Assembly (NCBI GenBank): GCA_965645245.1
Contig: OZ287071.1
Coordinates: forward strand, 2,170,001 to 2,234,000
Source: Massalongia carnosa
Lineage: Eukaryota
Direction: 5' to 3'
Length of the DNA: 64,000 bases
Shown here: positions 62,149 through 64,000 of the stretch, in pieces
Position numbering within the stretch: position 1 is the first letter of the stretch
Layout: every line of letters begins with the position of its first letter
The notes under the pieces: model-generated
What the model saw: only the letters and a program-made list of their open reading frames with translations
The model's database searches: none
What the model was told of the DNA's origin: nothing
Program-made: the position numbers and the translations under genes

Positions 62149-64000
62149 TCACAAGAAGCCGGATTCGGATAGAAGCCTGTTGATAGGAGAAGTAGAAAAT
62201 CAGCCACAAGATCGAGATGCTGGGTCAAACCCGGCTTGCGTTGTAGCCAAATACATGTTGCCATTCAATAAAAGGACTGCTATAAAACTCACAGCACCCA
62301 GAAGAAAAGGATTTCCTTACCTTGTGATCTTCTCGTCTTCCCTTTCCCTAGGTTCCACTGATAGACTCTTGTCATACATTTCATGCACGTCGCCTGCAGC
62401 TTGCATGTTGCTGAGGATGTAATCCTGAAGGTCCCTGACCGGTTTTAACGGGTACGGTACATTTTGATACTGCTGGATATCCCGTATCACCTCGGCGGTT
62501 TTAGCTCGCTTGGCAAAATTGATGAGATTGGAGCGCTTGATCACGGAAGGAATGCCGTCCTCGATGAAAGTCAAATCGGTAAGGTACACTCCTAGCGTCA
62601 CGTTAGGTGGAACCTCCTTGGATAAACATGCATGCAAGGCTTACCGAAGAAAGGGATGCAAGGGGGGTTGGCCAGACGAAGGGTTTCTCGATATTCCCAA
62701 AAGTTCTTCGTACTACCCATGAGCCTTCGCATTTCCTTCAATAGGGTCATTGTTCGTGCGTTGACCTGTGCCCATGTTCGACCCAACCGGTGGATTGGAG
62801 CCGTCCCGAGAGCCGAGATGATGGAGGTTAGGGTAGAAAAGTTGTTCATCGTTCGACATTTCTATATCTGTTAGTAACGCAAAGCGATGTCAATCTGGAC
62901 ATTTAGCCTACATCTGCAACAGCCACAAAGTGTTTGATGACGATCACTCTCTTTTTGACGTCGGAATGGTTCAAAATCATCTCGGCAACCCAGTTCGTCA
63001 ATTGATTCGAATGCAGGATAAGGGCCTTGACATTCGCAGCCGGTTCTCTCTCATCCGACTTCACCTTTTTCTGCCAGGTTTTATTCAAACATTCGGTAGG
63101 TTTAATCTTGCCATATAGGCCGGATTCGATGATCGTCAGTTGCCTGGCAAATTCCGTGGCGTCGATGTTGAGAAACATAAGCTTCTTGAGGTTCTTGGGA
63201 ATGATTGGGGTGGGAATGGACGTGCTCGGGGTAGGAACCAGTCGCTTCGCGTTCGTGTCCTGGCCCTTGAGCCGTTGCTCTACCGCAGTCATCAAAGGGC
63301 CAGAACCAGGGGTGCTCGTCGTTGCGATCGAGTCCTTTGCAAAAGAGTACACGCGTCGAAGAAGTTCATCAGTCGCCTGGTCAGCGTTCTCCATCCAGTA
63401 ATGATCGAACCAGCTTTTTAGAATGTTGACAACCCTGAACCGGATCGGATTTTGCTTCTTGTCGACCCATGTTTTGAGGTCTTCGGCGGAAATGTTTCGC
63501 GGTGGCTGTACGCTGAACCGTTTGACCAACAGCTCGAAGAGCTCGGAAGCGGTGGTAAAGGACCTATACGTGAGAAGGAATGTGTTGTTGAACGGGGAAT
63601 CCAGTCTATCGTGCCTAGTCAGCTGCTCCACGAGAGCGGTCAGAGTGCCTCCGCGAAGCTGTGGTGGGTTAGCCTTCATATCGTAGGAGATTTCGCCTTC
63701 ATGATCAAGCCGGAGGAACGAAGGGGTTTCCTCGGCTTCACGGTTGGGCATCTTTCGCGCAGGGACTTCACCAAAGAAGCTCTGCACTTTGGAATTATCT
63801 CGGCGGTAATTGGCAGGATCTGCGCCCTCTGCAAAGGGTTGTGCATGCTCCAGACCCTGCAAGCGTTGCTCCTGTGACTGCGTCAACAGGCCAGGTAATG
63901 AGTTGGGGTAGGGTTCGCGATCATCCATCTGGTGGTGATTAGTGTCAAGCGGAGCACCTCTGAGCTGTTGCATGGTGGGCTCCGGTGGGATCATATCGTT
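62149..64000 (-). CDS. CDC25: Ras guanine-nucleotide exchange factor, 3' part (5' end outside window)
   Basis: Exons >64000-62912, 62861-62645, 62591-62321, 62176-62149. REM (GGTLTALVEQLT, FLLTYRSF, RVVNILKSW), RasGEF (EFARQLT, NNFSTL, PPCIPFFGVYLTDLTFIEDG, INFAKR), ending SLSVEPRE..RLLSESGFL*. Confidence 0.95.

Overview
Intron-containing genomic DNA of a filamentous ascomycete (Pezizomycotina; a lichen-forming Lecanoromycete is plausible but only inferred). Conserved genes: GH16 glycoside hydrolase, FEX/CrcB fluoride exporter head-to-head with uracil phosphoribosyltransferase, a ~2900-aa FMP27/Hobbit (BLTP2) lipid-transfer protein, Kre1-like protein, acyltransferase-3, B-type cyclin, Zn2Cys6 factor, Pol III subunit RPC4, UreD, Pth11-like receptor, SDR and the 3' part of the Ras-GEF CDC25. 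Two decayed accessory islands (~0.6-4.5 kb, ~23-30 kb) hold P450, Pth11-like and ankyrin pseudogenes. There is also a defective full-length Tc1/impala-like transposon. The most unusual element is a ~270-nt putative RNA polymerase III transcription unit at 26.6-26.9 kb (TATA, A box, B box, oligo-T terminator) built from tRNA-like parts around a structured core I cannot assign to a known RNA family. A secreted tandem six-Cys protein and a spliced 68-aa membrane microprotein are also notable. Gene models were spliced by eye; no database searches were run.
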